Source: Leucoraja erinacea (lineage: Eukaryota). Taken from it: DNA of 64,000 nucleotides. A program made the position numbers and the translations under genes. A model generated the notes under the pieces. The model saw only the letters and a program-made list of their open reading frames with translations. It ran no database searches and was not told where the DNA came from. The stretch spans positions 6,882,001 through 6,946,000 of the forward strand of contig NC_073410.1 in NCBI RefSeq assembly GCF_028641065.1. Reading direction: 5' to 3'. Each line of letters opens with the position of its first letter. Position 1 is the first letter of the stretch. Positions 1-13,364 of the stretch are shown piece by piece.

Positions 1-218
1 ACAGTATCACTCTGCCCAACAAATGAAAGCGGTGAATGCAATTTAAACGATTGGAATTAAGCTGTCTGTAAATGCGATTTCATTCTTGAATAATGCTGAA
101 AGCATGTGGAAAAAGTTGTGACATCTGAATATACTTGAGTTTACACCAACAGATCAGTCACACACCGCAGTGGCACAACATCATCATGCTTTTATTTCAT
201 AGAGGCACTAGGAACCAC

Positions 219-503
219 AGTTTAGTTTATTTTAGAGATACAGCGCGGAACCATGCCCTTCGGCCCAACAGGTCCGTGCCAACCAGCGACCCCCGCATAT
301 TAGCACTATCCTACACACACTAGGGACAATTTTTACATTTGCCAAGCCAATTATCTTTGGAGTGTGGGAGGAAACCGAAGAACTCGGAGAAAACCCACGC
401 AGGTCACGGGGAGAACGTACAAACTCCATACAGACAGCACCCGCAGTCAGGATCGAGCCTGGATCTCTGGCGTTGTAAGGCAGCAACTCTACCACCTTGC
501 CGC
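219..503 (-). mobile_element. tRNA-derived V-SINE (HE1-like)
   Basis: Minus strand: tRNA-like head with A/B boxes, V-domain (gtttgtacgttctccccgtgacctgcgtgggtt...ttcctcccacactccaaag), CR1-like 3' end and (ctaaa)n tail. Confidence 0.88.
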
Positions 504-2395
504 CCATTCTATAGTGAAAACCATTTTAGGCAAAATTTGGGTTCCCTGCTCTGCTATATGGCACCAAATCAAATTCCAATTGAAAAGTATGTTATGAGGC
601 AACCTAAGACTTTTTGCCTCTCCTAACAGTGGTTTCTAAATAGAAGTTCTTGTAGCTATTGGCATCTCTGCCTTTCTAAGTGGAGCAATGGTCAATGCTA
701 CTGTAGTTCTACTTGCACTGTTATTTATAGAGGTGCACCTGCAAATAGATGCAGCTACAGAAGGAGCTACCTATCTTTATAAAGGACTTTGTGAAGGAAA
801 TTGTCAGGTTCAAATCACTTGATAACTCCTTGTCTCCAGCTCAAAGCTGTAAAGGATGTACTTCCTCTCATTCTCACATCTCAGTGATGTGTATCTATTC
901 TACAATAGAGCATCCATTCAATATCAATACGAATGAATGATTGGAAAACCATTTCTCATCAAAGACACTGTGGGAGGTCAATGAAACACAAATGCTTTCA
1001 CAATTACAATCCTGGCAAATTGGACAAGAGTTTATATATTGAGCACAACTTTCTTCAACTCCAATAACTAATCAGTTGATTAATTAAACAAAACAGCGTG
1101 GAACCAGGCCCTTCAGCCCACTGAGTCCATTGATCACCTGTTCACATTATCTCAAAGTTATTCCACTACTCCCTACACACCAGGGACCTTTACAGAAGCC
1201 AATTAACTTACATAGGGTGTCAGGGGTTATAGGGAGAAGGAGTATGGAGTTGGGAGGGAAAGCTAGATCAGCCATGATTGAATGGTGGACTAGAAATGAT
1301 GGGCCAAATGGCCTACTTCTGCTCCTATCACTTTTTCTTTTAGTTTAGAGATACAGCACGAAGAGACTATCACAAAGAGAATAGTTAGAGTGAACGCACA
1401 GTGTGGTGGAGTGGAGGAAGAGAGGGCACACAGAAAGAGTTAATAGTAACCTGAGGGACATTGTTTTAACTCGACTGCCTGAAGAACGGTCCCAACCCGA
1501 ATTATCAGCTATCCATGTTCTCCAGAGATGCTGCCTGACCCACTGAGTTACTCCAACACTTTGTGTCATCTTCTTCATTCAGTCCACCGACCGATTAGCA
1601 CACGACGAAAGCTTTTCACTGTACATCGATACACGTAACAATGAACTAAACTGAACTGCGGTTGGCGGACACGTATGGAACGAGCTGCCAGAAGAGGTAG
1701 TTGAGGCAGGTATTACAGCTCAATTTACAGGTACAATGATGGGGAAGGTTTAGAGGGATATGGGCCAGATGGGAATGAGACTTGATGGGACATCCTGGTT
1801 GGCATGGATGCATTGAGCCAAAGGCTCTGTTTCTATGCAATATAACGACCCAACTCTAAAGTATTAGTGGTGGGATTTATCTACAACCAAGGAAGACTGT
1901 GTAATCAAACTAAGAAGCTGAAGAAAGCCAAGCTCAAATCACCTGAAATGGTCGCATAGCACGATCTTAGGCCAAAGATTCACAAATCTGATTGCAATCC
2001 AAACTAAAGTCTGCAATCTATACAAGAGGTTCAACGTTGAATGAAAAACAATGTGAAAAGCTTTCTGAAACTTTCCAAAGCCTTTACCATTCAGGCAGAA
2101 ACACCATTTCCTCAAGTCCGGGAGTAGAAAGCCAATTGATTGTTTAATTCAGATCTTGGTTGACTGACTCACTGTTTTGTGGATGAATAAGGTTTAGAGT
2201 CAGTGACAGTCACTTGGGAGGGATAGGGTGTTACGAGGTCAGGCCTCTACTTCTCAGAAACATTTTGTTAAAAGCACCCGAGGCTACACGAGTTCAAACA
2301 ATATTGATCAATAATGGTCTGGAAACCACTGGAGTAGCAGAATGCCTGACGTGAACAGAGAGCTTCGTCTCCTCACCCCAGCCTGCAACCTGCTG

Positions 2396-2703
2396 GGCGG
2401 CACGGTGGCAGAGCGGTAGAGTTGCTGCCTCACAGCGCTTTCAGTGCCAGAGTGCCGGGTTCGATCCTGACTATGGGTGCTGTCTGTACAGAGTTTGTGC
2501 GTTCTCCCTGTGACCTGCGTGGTTTTTATCTCCGAGATCTTCGGTTTCCTCCCACATTCCAAAGGCGTACGGGTTTGTAGGTTAATTGGCTTGGTCTAAA
2601 CGTTCACAGTGTGTGTAGGGTAGTGTTAGGGGATCGCTGGTCGATGCGGACTCGGTGGGCCGAAGGGCCTGTTTCCGCACTGTATCTCGAAACTAAACTA
2701 AAC
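2396..2703 (+). mobile_element. tRNA-derived V-SINE (HE1-like), full length
   Basis: gggcggcacggtggcagagcggtagag...gggttcgatcc head, V-domain, tail gggccgaagggcctgtttccgcactgtatctc(aaact)n. Further copies or fragments at about 3447-3742(-), 6859-7120(+), 9105-9390(+), 20874-21152(+), 29080-29397(-), 29922-30190(+), 41531-41816(-), 43061-43300(-), 43936-44258(+), 53118-53330(+). Confidence 0.9.
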
Positions 2704-2807
2704 CAACGCTGTACCACACTGCTTGCCCGTGTCGTGGCTCTAGGTGGGAAGGCACGGTGGCGCTGCAGTGGAGTTGCTACCTTACAGCACCAGAGACCCT
2801 GAATATG

Positions 2808-2995
2808 CAGCTGCTCCTCGGCCTACTATGGGGTTACGTTCCAATAAACCCATCGTATATCGGAAGTCGGAAACACATTTAATACAATGTGATCACGTGA
2901 CGGACGTGCGCTGTGGCTCGTTGTCGCTACCCAGCGTTAGCACCATCGTAAAGGTGAAATATCATGTCGAAGCATCGTAAATCGAGGAGCATCTG
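2808..2995. mobile_element. Tc1/mariner (Tigger/pogo-type) MITE
   Basis: Terminal inverted repeats CAGCTGCTCCTCG ... CGAGGAGCATCTG, TA on the right flank (TG on the left), subterminal catcgta repeats. The ends resemble mammalian MER47/Tigger5 from memory (not searched). Confidence 0.75.
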
Positions 2996-3983
2996 TAATA
3001 TGGAATGGATGCCTGACATATGATTTAACCATGAAGACCCTGAAGGGAAACAGTGAAATTGCACTGTTACATATCTTGTTGCAAGGGACCATTAACACTG
3101 AATTTCCATTTTGCATCTCTATATACCTCCATTCGCCCTTTACTTCACGTTACTGCTGTTTCACGTCCTGTTTCTTGGTCTCAGCCTTCCTGTCATGGCT
3201 AACGCATGTGTGGACTTTAGCTTTTAGAGATACAGTGCAGAAAGAGGCCCTTTGGCCCGCCGAGTCCATGCCGACCAGCGATCACCCTGTACACTAGCAC
3301 TAATAGAACAGCAAGAGGTAGAAGATGTCTCATTTTAGCATCTCATACACTGGGCCACATCTGCAGCATTCCTCCAATCCTGAGTGTAGTCACCCCTGAC
3401 CATGTGTTTGCCTTTCAGAGTAGTTACATCCTCTGTGTTCTGACTATGGAGATAGAGTGCAGAAATAGGCCCTTCGGCCCACCGACCAGCGATCCCCATA
3501 CACCCCCATACACTAGCACTATCCTACACACTAGGGACAATTTTACAATTTTAACAAAGCCAATTAATCTACAATCCTTTACATCTTTGGAATGTGGGAG
3601 GAAACCGGAGAACCTGGAGAAAACCCACGCGGTCACAGGGAGAACATACAAACTCCGTACAGACAGCGCCCAAAGTCAGGATCGAACCCCTGTCACTGGT
3701 GCAGAAAGACAGCAACTCTACCTCCGGGCCACCATGTCGCCCTTTAACTCCAGAGATATTTTTTGCAGAAACTCGGTTCCATTTGTAAAAGTTCTGCAAC
3801 ATATCTCTTTCTGAACGAGACACGGAAATGCCCAAACATAAAAAAACATTGATGAAAACACCCGGCAGCTCAGGTGGCATCAGTGGAGAGTTTGGGCCAA
3901 TCTTCACGCGTTATTAGAATTTTAAAACGCCATCAAAACCACAGTCACAGAAAGCAATTACAATGGTCAATTTACAAAATTTA

Positions 3984-4388
3984 GGAGATTGAGAGGGGAT
4001 CTTATAGAAACTTACAAAATTCTTAACGGGTTGGACAGGCTAGATGCAGGAAGATTGTTCCCGATGTTGGGGAAGTCCAGGACAAGGGGTCACAGCTTAA
4101 GGATAAAGGGGAAATCCTTTAAAACCGAGATGAGAAGAACGTTTTTCACACAGAGAGTGGTGAATCTCTGGAACTCTCTGCCACAGAGGGTAGTTGAGGC
4201 CAGTTCATTGGCTATATTTAAGAGGGAGTTAGATGTGGCCCTTGTGGCCAAGGGGATCAGAGGGTATGGAGAGAAGGCAGGTACGGGATACTGAGTTGAT
4301 GATCAGCCATGATCATATTGAATGGCGGTGCAGGCTCGAAGGGCCGAATGGCCTCCTCCTGCACCTAATTTCTATGTTTCTATGTTTC
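3984..4388 (+). mobile_element. CR1 LINE 3' fragment
   Basis: ORF 3989..4294 is the CR1 ORF2 C-terminus (RGDLIETYKIL...FFTQRVVNLWNSLP), followed by a 3' UTR and a (tttctatg)n tail. Confidence 0.92.
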
Positions 4389-5259
4389 TGTGGTCACATT
4401 ATTCTTGAGGGGCCTGGAACATTTTTCAAACTGTAAAACATCACGGACTACGCCACAATACAACTTTCTCGACACCAAGGGTCTCGACCCACAAGTGTCA
4501 CCTGTCCATGTTTTTCAGGCATGCTGCCTGACCTGCTGAGTTTGTGGCCTTTTTGTGTATGCACCAGCATCTGCAATTCCTTATTTCTACACGTTGCGAC
4601 TGGTCTGATATCGGGGATGTGTAAATAAATGCACAAATGCGCACAATCTCTCATGGGGGTGAATAAAACTTTTTCCCCAGTGGCGAGATTCTCTTCAAGA
4701 ATTACAGCACCTCTGCCATGAGCTGAGATACACGGTGCAATTTAGCAGCCACAAGTGACAGATTTAAGCAAGAACATTTTTTCGCTTAAAATCAGCTTTC
4801 TGAGCCACATGTTTTTTTTTTCTCTTCTCTGCTTCTTGACCCAGCTACGAAGGAAAACTGTCTAGACACCGTGGAATTGCACGATAGATCAAAGATGTGG
4901 TGCGTTGCCCAACCGTAACAGAGCGACCATGCAGAAACGAAATTGGTCGATAATATTCAGGACTTTGAAGAAGCACACTGAAGTGTATAGTCTGGAATTA
5001 AATTCCCTCCCAACATTTCTGCTGTGGAGAAGCAATCTCCCTCACAAACAGTTCACTTAATATATGGCGGGTCCAACCACAGTTTATTCTTTATGACCAT
5101 TGTCAGTGATGTTCATTCTTATCAGGGCCATTTCTATTCGGGCGATAAATTTGCACAAAATGCTTGTGCTGAAAACCAGTATTGAGTAATTCACAAGTCT
5201 CTGGGCGTGTATGTGACATGACAGCATCCAGCACCAAGTATTCGTACATGTTTTCATAA

Positions 5260-5914
5260 CTTGCAGACTTGATTACTGTAATGCCTTATTTACCGGTCTG
5301 CCTTCAAAATCCACCAACAAGTTACAGCTCATTTCAAAATGCCGCAGCCCGGCTTTTAACAAAAACCAAGAAAAGGGAACATATCGCCCCAGTATTATAC
5401 TCCCTTCATTGGCTCCCAGTGAGATCCAGGATAGACTATAAAGTCCTCCTTCTTGTCTATGAAGCCCTAAATGTCTCAGGAGCAGCATATTTTACAGTCT
5501 CCCCTTCCCTTTGCCCCTACTCGAGCCCGCAGGTCTTCTGATGCCGGACTGTTAGCCTCTCAATGCCCCAGCAATGAGAAAATTGAAGAGGCCTTTTTCA
5601 ATGACGCCCCCAAGCTGTGGAATACCCAACCCAGGGGGGGCTACGAGAGATGCCCACTCAGTTGACATTTTTAAACGGCAGCTTAAAACGTATCTTTTTA
5701 ATCAAGCTTTGAACTGACTTTACTTCCATTGTCCTTTTACACTCTCAATTTTATATTCGATATTTTATATTTTTATATAAATCTGTGCTTTTTATGCTAT
5801 TAACTGTTCTTTCTGTTTTATATTGTATTCTGTTCAGTCCTGTGGAAAGCACTTTGTGTTGCATTCAATTGTAGGAAAAGTGCTATATAAATAAAGTTAT
5901 TATTATTATTATTA
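5260..5914 (+). mobile_element. L2-clade LINE 3' fragment (decayed)
   Basis: Frameshifted LDYCNALFTGLP...QNAAARLLTKTKKREHIAPVLYSLHWLPVRSRIDYKVLLL...PKLWN, ending in aagtgctatataaataaag(tta)n, typical of L2. Confidence 0.88.
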
Positions 5915-6082
5915 TACAATGACTAGACCGGCAGAAAATTATTTATTTTGCTCCCCTGACAGCGTGCACAGAGAACAAGGTGGGATGACAAAGAGATTAA
6001 AATGTTAATTTGAAATTCTCCCAATCCATCCACGTCCACCGCAGCAGAATCACAGAACTGCACAGCACAAACAAGGCAATGC

Positions 6083-6172
6083 GGAAGGGTCTCGACGCGA
6101 AACGTCACCCATTCCTTCTCTCCAGAGATGCTGCCTGTCCCGCTGAGTTACTCCAGCTTTTTGTGTCTATCT
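6083..6172 (+). mobile_element. Short Penelope-derived hammerhead unit with TSD
   Basis: 90-bp unit (aagggtctcgacgcgaaacgtc...ttgtgtctatct) flanked by the direct repeat aaggcaatgc (6073-6082 / 6173-6182). Confidence 0.82.
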
Positions 6173-6366
6173 AAGGCAATGCATCTATTATGCTTGGGAA
6201 AATCCTGTGCAACTAGCCCCACTCCACAGCAGTGCTTCAGACCGCTACATCCATGTCGATCCATCAGGTACCAATCTACAGTTTAAGTTTTAGGGTTACA
6301 GCATGGAAACCTTTAGCCCTTTTAGCCCAGCTGGTCCACGCCGAACAGCGATCAACTGCCCACTAA

Positions 6367-6673
6367 CGGGCCTGTCCCACAGTACGTGGTAATTCAAGAG
6401 TTCTCCCGAGTTTCCCCTGATTCGAACTCGGAGAATTACGGTAATAGCCGTTCGTAGGTACTAAGGGCTCTCGTGGACATTTTTCACAATGCTGAAAAAA
6501 CGTCACGAGGTACCGCGTTTCCCCGAGTACCTGCCGTTAGCGTTACGAGCCGCTACGAGACGTCCATGAGCTCCGACATAGCCTCTACGTCCATTCTACG
6601 TGCTTACCATGAGTTTGATTTTTTTTAAACTCGGGAGAGCTCTTGAAATATCTCGGACAGTGGGACAGGCCCT
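6367..6673. mobile_element. PIF/Harbinger-like MITE (internal family A) inserted in a V-SINE
   Basis: TIRs cgggcctgtcccac...gtgggacaggccct, TAA on both flanks; splits a minus-strand V-SINE (about 6283-6838). Confidence 0.82.
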
Positions 6674-7994
6674 TAATTCTATCTTACACACGAGGGGCAA
6701 TCGACATAAACCAATTAACCTTCAAACCTTTGCGTCTTTGGAATGTGGGAGAAAACTGGGAGCATCCTGAGAAAATCCACTCAGTCACAGGGAGAATGTG
6801 CAAACTCCACACAGTAGAGTTGCCGCAGCACTGCACCATAAAGACAACCTTGATAGAATGGCACAATGGTAGAGTCAGAGACCGAGGTTCGATCCTGACT
6901 ACGGATGCTGTCTGTGTGGAGTTCGTACGTTCTCTCAGTGACCACGTGGGTTTTCTCCGGGATCTCTAGTTCCCTCCCACATTCCAAAGACGTGCAGGTT
7001 TTTGTAGGTTAATTGGTTTGTGTAAATCGCCCTAGTGCTTAGGATGGAATTCGTGTATAGATGATTGCTGGTTGGCCTGGACCCAGTGGCCAGGGGCTTT
7101 TCACTCTGTATTTCTAAACGAAAAAGGTGATGCAGCTGAAAGGTCTTTCACAATCCATCATCCTGGATTAAGACACCATCTGGAATTGGTGTCAATGAAA
7201 GAGGAAAGACTTGTGTTTGTGCAGTGCCTTTAATAGCAAAAACCTTTCAGCCAACTCAGCAGTTTTGGAGGGCATTGACTGTTTGACCATACAATGCATG
7301 ACACCCAATTACCACACATGAACCTCACTCAAACAGCACTTGCAATGGCAAACCTTATTATTTTGACACTGTTGATCAAAGGATAAATGTAAAGTGCTTG
7401 AACATCGAAACACCGGTCTCGGCAAAAATGATCACGGGCAGGCCAGTGTTGAACCATTAACAACTGATGTCCCTCCCCACGTAGCTAATGAATCTCATGC
7501 TGAAATTATGAGTTTTAATTAAAAATTAACGATCTCCTCCTGAGCAAATGGGATTGATATGTCAAGCCTTTGAGACCAATAAATTGGTCTCTGTTAGCGA
7601 AAGTGGCAACTATTGACTGGGAAGGGTTATTCAACCTCGAGCAGAACTCAATGCGATTTAATCAAATTCTCAGATGCATTTGATTGTAAATTGAAGCTGG
7701 CTGTTTTAAAATGCAGTGTGCTTTATTAGTAAGGTCTTGTTTATACTGTTGACGTTCTGCCTAATGAAAAACGTGAATATATAGAAAATGCTTTTCGACA
7801 TGAATGAGATGGACGTTTGTCGGCGATTTAAGGCTGTAATGGAATGCTCGCTGGCCCAAAAACTTTTTCTTTCAAGAAAAATAAGTAAAAGAAAATTCAA
7901 AGAAAAGTGGAGAATATTGTGAGTGTTCAGGAGCCATTGTGGAGAGGGAAACAGATAAAGACTTGGGATGGTGACTTGCATTGTGTATTTTAAA

Positions 7995-8560
7995 AGTGCA
8001 GATTTGCATTTATATAGCACCTTGAGAACCTCAGGACATCCCCGAACACTTCACAACCAGTTATGTATTTTTCAGGATAGACACAAAATGCTGGAGTAAC
8101 TCAGCGGGACAGGCAGCATCTCTGGAGGTTAGGAATGGGTGACGTTTCGGGTCTGAAGAAGGGTCTCGACCCGAAACGTCACCTATTCCATCTCTCCAGA
8201 GGTTCTGCCTGTCCTGCTGAGTTACTCCAGCATCTTGTATCTATCTTCGGTTTATACCGGCATCTGCAGTTCCTTCCTACACAGGTGTAATACAGGATAT
8301 ATGGCAGTCTGTTTATGCACAGCAAGCTCCCATTATTAGCAATGTTATAATCATGAGATATTACACTTCTATGCTGTAAAGGCATGAATGTTGGCAGACA
8401 TCAAAGAAAGCTCTGCTCTTGTAAGGAATGATTAATGGGACCTTCAGATCAATGATCTCAACCACAGGTTAACACTGCAGGAGTTCTTTATCGTAGATCA
8501 TCAGGGTAATTTTTGTGCTCATTCTGGCGAAGGACACAAGCCAACAATTTATTTACTCTG
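7995..8560 (-). mobile_element. Old DeuSINE/SacSINE1-like relic interrupted by a Penelope-derived hairpin unit
   Basis: L2-type tail ttgcatttatatagcacctt...ctcaggacatccc...cttcacaacc resumes after 8285 (ggcagtctgtttatgcacagcaagctccc). Similar decayed copies at about 7205-7400, 10385-10720 and 22955-23150. Confidence 0.6.
8076..8283. mobile_element. Penelope-derived inverted (tail-to-tail) unit with hammerhead motif at 8153-8180(+)
   Basis: Left arm 8076-8152 is the reverse complement of the right arm. The centre reads CTGAAGA-A-GGGT-CTCG-ACCC-GAAA-CGTC. Similar inverted units at about 19750-19955, 25450-25615, 31838-32045, 56567-56760 and 59354-59705. Confidence 0.82.
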
Positions 8561-11500
8561 ACAACATTGAAGAAATATGTAGATTGGTGCATGGATAGGA
8601 TAGGTTTAGAGGGATATGGGCCAGGTGGGACTAGTGTAGATGGGGCTTATGATGCACAGGCTTGTAGGTTAATTGGCTGGGCATAATTGTAAATTGTCCC
8701 CAGTGTGTGTAGGATAGGTTAGTGTGCAGGGATCACAGGTCAGCGTTGATCCGATGGGCCGAAGGGCCTGTTCCCGCGCTGCATCTTGTAACTCCACACC
8801 CCAAGAAGCAGGACGTGTCTGCTCCTATGCATCAGCAGATGTGCAGAGTACAGAGGTTACACTGATCACGACGCCTGGATCTAAAACAATGTCATAGTTG
8901 CTAAAATTCATCCATTTATTAAATCTCTGGAACCAGAATAGTCTTCAAATTTTCTTCATATTCTGCACTCGAGTCTATATTTTGCTCAAGGTACAATGAG
9001 CAATTTCTATTCTTTCATTTGTTAAAATTGCAGTCATTCAAGTAGATGAATACTTATCATTGATCTGTCTACGATAAGAGACTGGGAGAAATCAAGAGGA
9101 GGGTGCACGCTGGTGAAGCAGTAGAGTTGCTGCCTTACAGCGCCAGAGGCCCAGTTTCGATCCTGGCTATGAGTGCTGTCTGTACGGAGTTTGCACGTTC
9201 TCCCCGTGTGTCTTCTCTGGTTTCCTCCCACACTCCACTGACGTGCAGGTTTGTAGGTTAATTCGCTTCTGTAGAAATTGTAAATTGTCTCTAATGTGTC
9301 GGATAGTGCTCGTGTACGGGGATCGCTGCTTGGCGCGGACGTGCTGGGCCAAAGGGCCTGACTCCGCTCTGGGTCTCTAAACTAATCTAAAGATTCATGG
9401 AACTGATCAGAGAATAGATGTTAGGCAGAATGTCCATCAAAATCTTATTCAACAGTAAAACAGGCAGAAATGGTGTTGGATTGATTCCCATTTCACATAT
9501 AAAAAGGACACAAAGTGCTGGAGTAACGCAGTGGGTCAGGCAGCATCCCGGGAGAACATGGATGGGCAACGTTTCAGGTTGGGACCCTTCTTCAGACCTT
9601 ACGTTTTTTGGAGTTTGTGATTACTACTTCCTTGACTTCCCTGTATCATACGTTCTGATTTGATCTTTTAATGGTTAACCTTTTATTGAAATATTTCCGG
9701 ACTTAACAGATTCCTCGAGACCTTTTTTCAAAGGCCATAATATATTGTGTGGCTGTAAAATTACCGATGCACACACATGCACTTTCAAAAAAGAAATTGA
9801 GTGAATTAATGAACTCCCGACACAAACAAGCTCCAAGATCCAATTACTCACTTAACGTAATCCTTCCCTGAGTTAACAAAGCACAAAAAAAACACAATAA
9901 GGGCTTTGATTGAAAAGTGCATTTAATTTCTGACTTGCGCTCAAGTGGGTCCATTACTATAATACAACAGTCATGTGGCTTTTTGTTACACAACTGTAAT
10001 GATTTGAACCAAACATAAAACTCAGGTCCCTGAGGGCAGGCTTTCTCTTCTTGTGAACGGAATGAAGTGAGATCTTGTGCGTTGGGATACCCAGAGCCAG
10101 CGGTAAACTAATTTGTCGCGTTTGGTATTACATGTGGAATTTTGATTCTCTGCTCCCGTCTCTCCAGGTAAGGATTAATATCCTCAGGAACTTTCCTCAG
10201 GGACCAAATTTCCAAATAGCTTTTATTTGCAGACTGGTAGTTTCAGAGAGAAGCGGCCACAATCAGTTGTTTAGCTAACCGTGGCCTTTTAACTGGCCAC
10301 CAAAAGGTCAAAGAGACAAATTAGCGTGTTGCGCGGCTTTGGAGCAATGACTGGAAACCCAAGCGGAGAGTAATTCCAGAGCATTTTTTCAGCATGTCCT
10401 GAATTGCTTTGCAGCCAATGACAGTTTTTGGAAGTGCAGTCGCAATGTCATGAAGGAAATTTGGCAGCTAATTTGCACGACGAGCCCAGTCAGATACGAT
10501 ATGTTGGAGGACAGATATGGTTTGCTATGGTTGGTGATGAATATTGGCCAGGCCATGGGATATCTCCCAGTTTTCTTTGTTGCAATAGTGTTAATGTAAT
10601 AATTTACAGTTAGCTGGAGCACCAGACTGGGCCTTGGCTTAATGTTCTATTTCTAAGGCAACATCTTTGACAGGGCGACACTCCTTTGATGACGCACTCA
10701 AATCCCTGTGTCAGTCTGAGTCATTTGTTCTTCCTCACCACTTGCTTCATGCCAAGTGTTGGCCTGGATACTTGAAATGATTTTTCTGGGAGCACATTTA
10801 AATCTGCCAACCTTCTGAACAAGTGACAAGGAACTAACCGCCATGAGTCAGATAACGCAATTCTTTCATTTAGACTCTCCTGAAGCTGACTGCAGTTTGA
10901 TGTTCCCCAGAATCTCTGTTATGTGGCGAACTCCCACCGACTGCATTTGGCAGGAGAGATCACTCTGCTTTCAGTAAACGTAGCTTCTCGTTTAAGTTGT
11001 TACAGATACGACTTGGTGCGACAACTGAAGACAATTCAGTCGCCGGTGCCTGTCGCCGGTTGACGTAGGTAGTCGCCAATGGAATTCACCAAAGTCAGCC
11101 TACGTCACCCAGCGACAACCTACAACAGCACCTACATCAGGAGAAGTCAAGCTACACCCACTGTTGCCAACATTTTTTGAATATGCTGAAAATCCAACGC
11201 TATGACTCTTTGGGCGACCGAGGAGACTACTCACGATAATACAGGCGACACCTCGGTGACCATGTGGCAACAGCCCAGTCGCTTGTAGTCAACTAAAAAA
11301 TAGCCTAAGTGGGACTGGTATTTTATGTTCCAGAGAAAGCAACATGAAAGAATTCACTTTGCAAGCTAATGTTGCTCAGAGCTGTAATTGAAAATCTCTC
11401 CGAGCTCTTGACACAGCCACCAGGCTTCATGAGAAGGGACCACTTCCATTTCACAATAACCAGTTTACACAATGTTCCCAATTGTGACAGTTACATTACT

Positions 11501-11648
11501 CAATAGCTCTATTATTCACTCCTTGTTTTCCATTCCTGTTGGATGCATTTGCAAATTCCTTTCACCACCAATGGAGGTCCTTGCTCATCTCTTTTCACCA
11601 ATGGATAGCAAAATGGCATTAAAACAAAAGCAATACCAACTCTCTTAC

Positions 11649-11727
11649 CCGAAACGATGGTGTAACCAATTCCCCGAGGCCGTCCGCGGTCTTGATCCAG
11701 CGCCGTAATAACTCGCACGGTCTTACC
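11649..11727 (-). CDS. CDH23: Cadherin-23 coding exon (equivalent to human c.754-832; EC3)
   Basis: Inside ORF 11512..11748(-). Acceptor ...gttttccag|GGT, donor TCG G|gtaaga; 79 nt. GKTVRVITALDQDRGRPRGIGYTIVS-G matches human GTTVRIITAIDQDKGRPRGIGYTIVSG. I did not find the next exon in 1-11648 or the previous exon in 60237-64000. Confidence 0.96.
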
Positions 11728-13364
11728 CTGGAAAACAATTGCAAACAAATAGCTGAAATCCTATTTGGAAAGGAAGAATTTGCATGGGCAGTTAATATCA
11801 TCAGAGGCCCACACCACCCTGGCCACGCTCTCACTTCACTCCTACCATCGGCAAGAAGGGAAAGGAGATCAAACAATGTACCTCCAGGTTCAAGAAGAGC
11901 TTCTTCCCAACAATCATTAGACTATTGAACGCAACGGTAATGTCAACAATGAACTTCTACGGACCTGTTTTGGTTGCAATTAGTGTAGTGGCCATTTGGC
12001 CTGTTTTGCATGTCATTGATGATAGAAACATAGAAACATAGAAAATAGGTGCAGGAGTAGGCCATTCGGCTCTTAGAGCCTGCACTGCCATTTGATATGA
12101 TCACGACTGATCATCCAACTCAGTATCCCATCCCTGCCTTCTCTCCATACCCCCTGATCCCTTTAGCCACAAGGGTCACATCTAACTCCCTCTTAAATAT
12201 AGCCAATGAACTGGCCTCAACTACCTTCTGTGGCAGAGAATTCCACAGATTCACCACTCTCTGTGTAAAATGATGGCATGTGCCTTTACATTTTAGACTG
12301 CCTGTGGGGTGAGATTTATGACATATTTTTGAGCGTGTTTTGGGCTATTTATTGAATTTGTGTTTATTATATATTATCTATGTATTATCTGTGCTTACCA
12401 GCCTGTTGTGCTGTTGCATGCAAGGATTTATTGTTCAGTGGTGATACACATGACAATTTAAACACACTCGATTCTTTTCACAGTGAACTCTTTCCCAAAG
12501 CCCTTTATGATAATTGAGGTATATTTATATTTGACTTAAATCTAATGAGTTGGCCAAAGAGTTGGAAATGGTCAAGTCTAATTATGCGGCACACACAGAT
12601 TGTACAATATTCAATTAGATTCGAAGACAGACCACTTAAACAGAACACAAGGCGGAAAGAGATTTTAAGAAACTATGGTAATGTCCTCCAATCATAAGTT
12701 CATAGGTTGTAGGAGCAGAGTTAGGCCATTCGGCCCATCACGTCCACTCCACCAGTCAATCAGGCTGATCTATCTTTCCCTCTCATCCTCATTCATCTGC
12801 CATCTCCCCATAACCCCTGACACCCATACTAATCAAGAGTCTATCAATCTAAGATTAATTTCACTACAAAATGTTGTGAATGGGATGTAGTTCTATCCAA
12901 ATTATCTGCATAAAAATCACATTCTCAGACGCTGATGAATAAGTTCACACATTTTCTGGGATTAGTTGTGTCATTACATGCAGCATGTTATTTTCATATT
13001 ATTTTGTCTATCAAGTCCTCTCCTACTCTCAGAGTATTTCTGTCATCCATTCCTGCACTTATTTGCATGTAACCTAGTTGCCCTCTCATTTCTATCAAGT
13101 CCCCCAGCCCTCCTGCAACTCACCTACACCAGAAATAACTAACAGGTGACTAACAATGAGATGATATTATGGATGTGGGAAGATAATGGAGCACCAATGG
13201 TCAAATAGAGGACATGCAAACTCCACATAGATAGCACTGGAAGTGCACTGCAATCTCCGATAGCTGCTAAACTGATAAATGACGTTAAATGTTGGCTAAA
13301 ACTGGGAAATAAATAGCCTTGCGTATTCAAAATTGTATCAAGGATTCATCCACAACGAGGGGAA

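Noticed and set aside
232-626. Recurrent short ORFs (LECGRKP..KTHAGHGENVQTPYRQHP; EFVRSPRDLRGFSP) suggesting a peptide family
   Set aside because: All are translations of V-SINE copies in various frames.
2396-2470. tRNA genes at SINE heads
   Set aside because: The A/B boxes run straight into V-domain and LINE-tail sequence with no proper acceptor stem, so these are SINE heads.
1-11648. Next CDH23 exon (GNTNSIFALDYISG...-like) or a nested gene
   Set aside because: No matching coding sequence with splice sites found by eye. It is probably beyond the window edge, though a short exon could have been missed.
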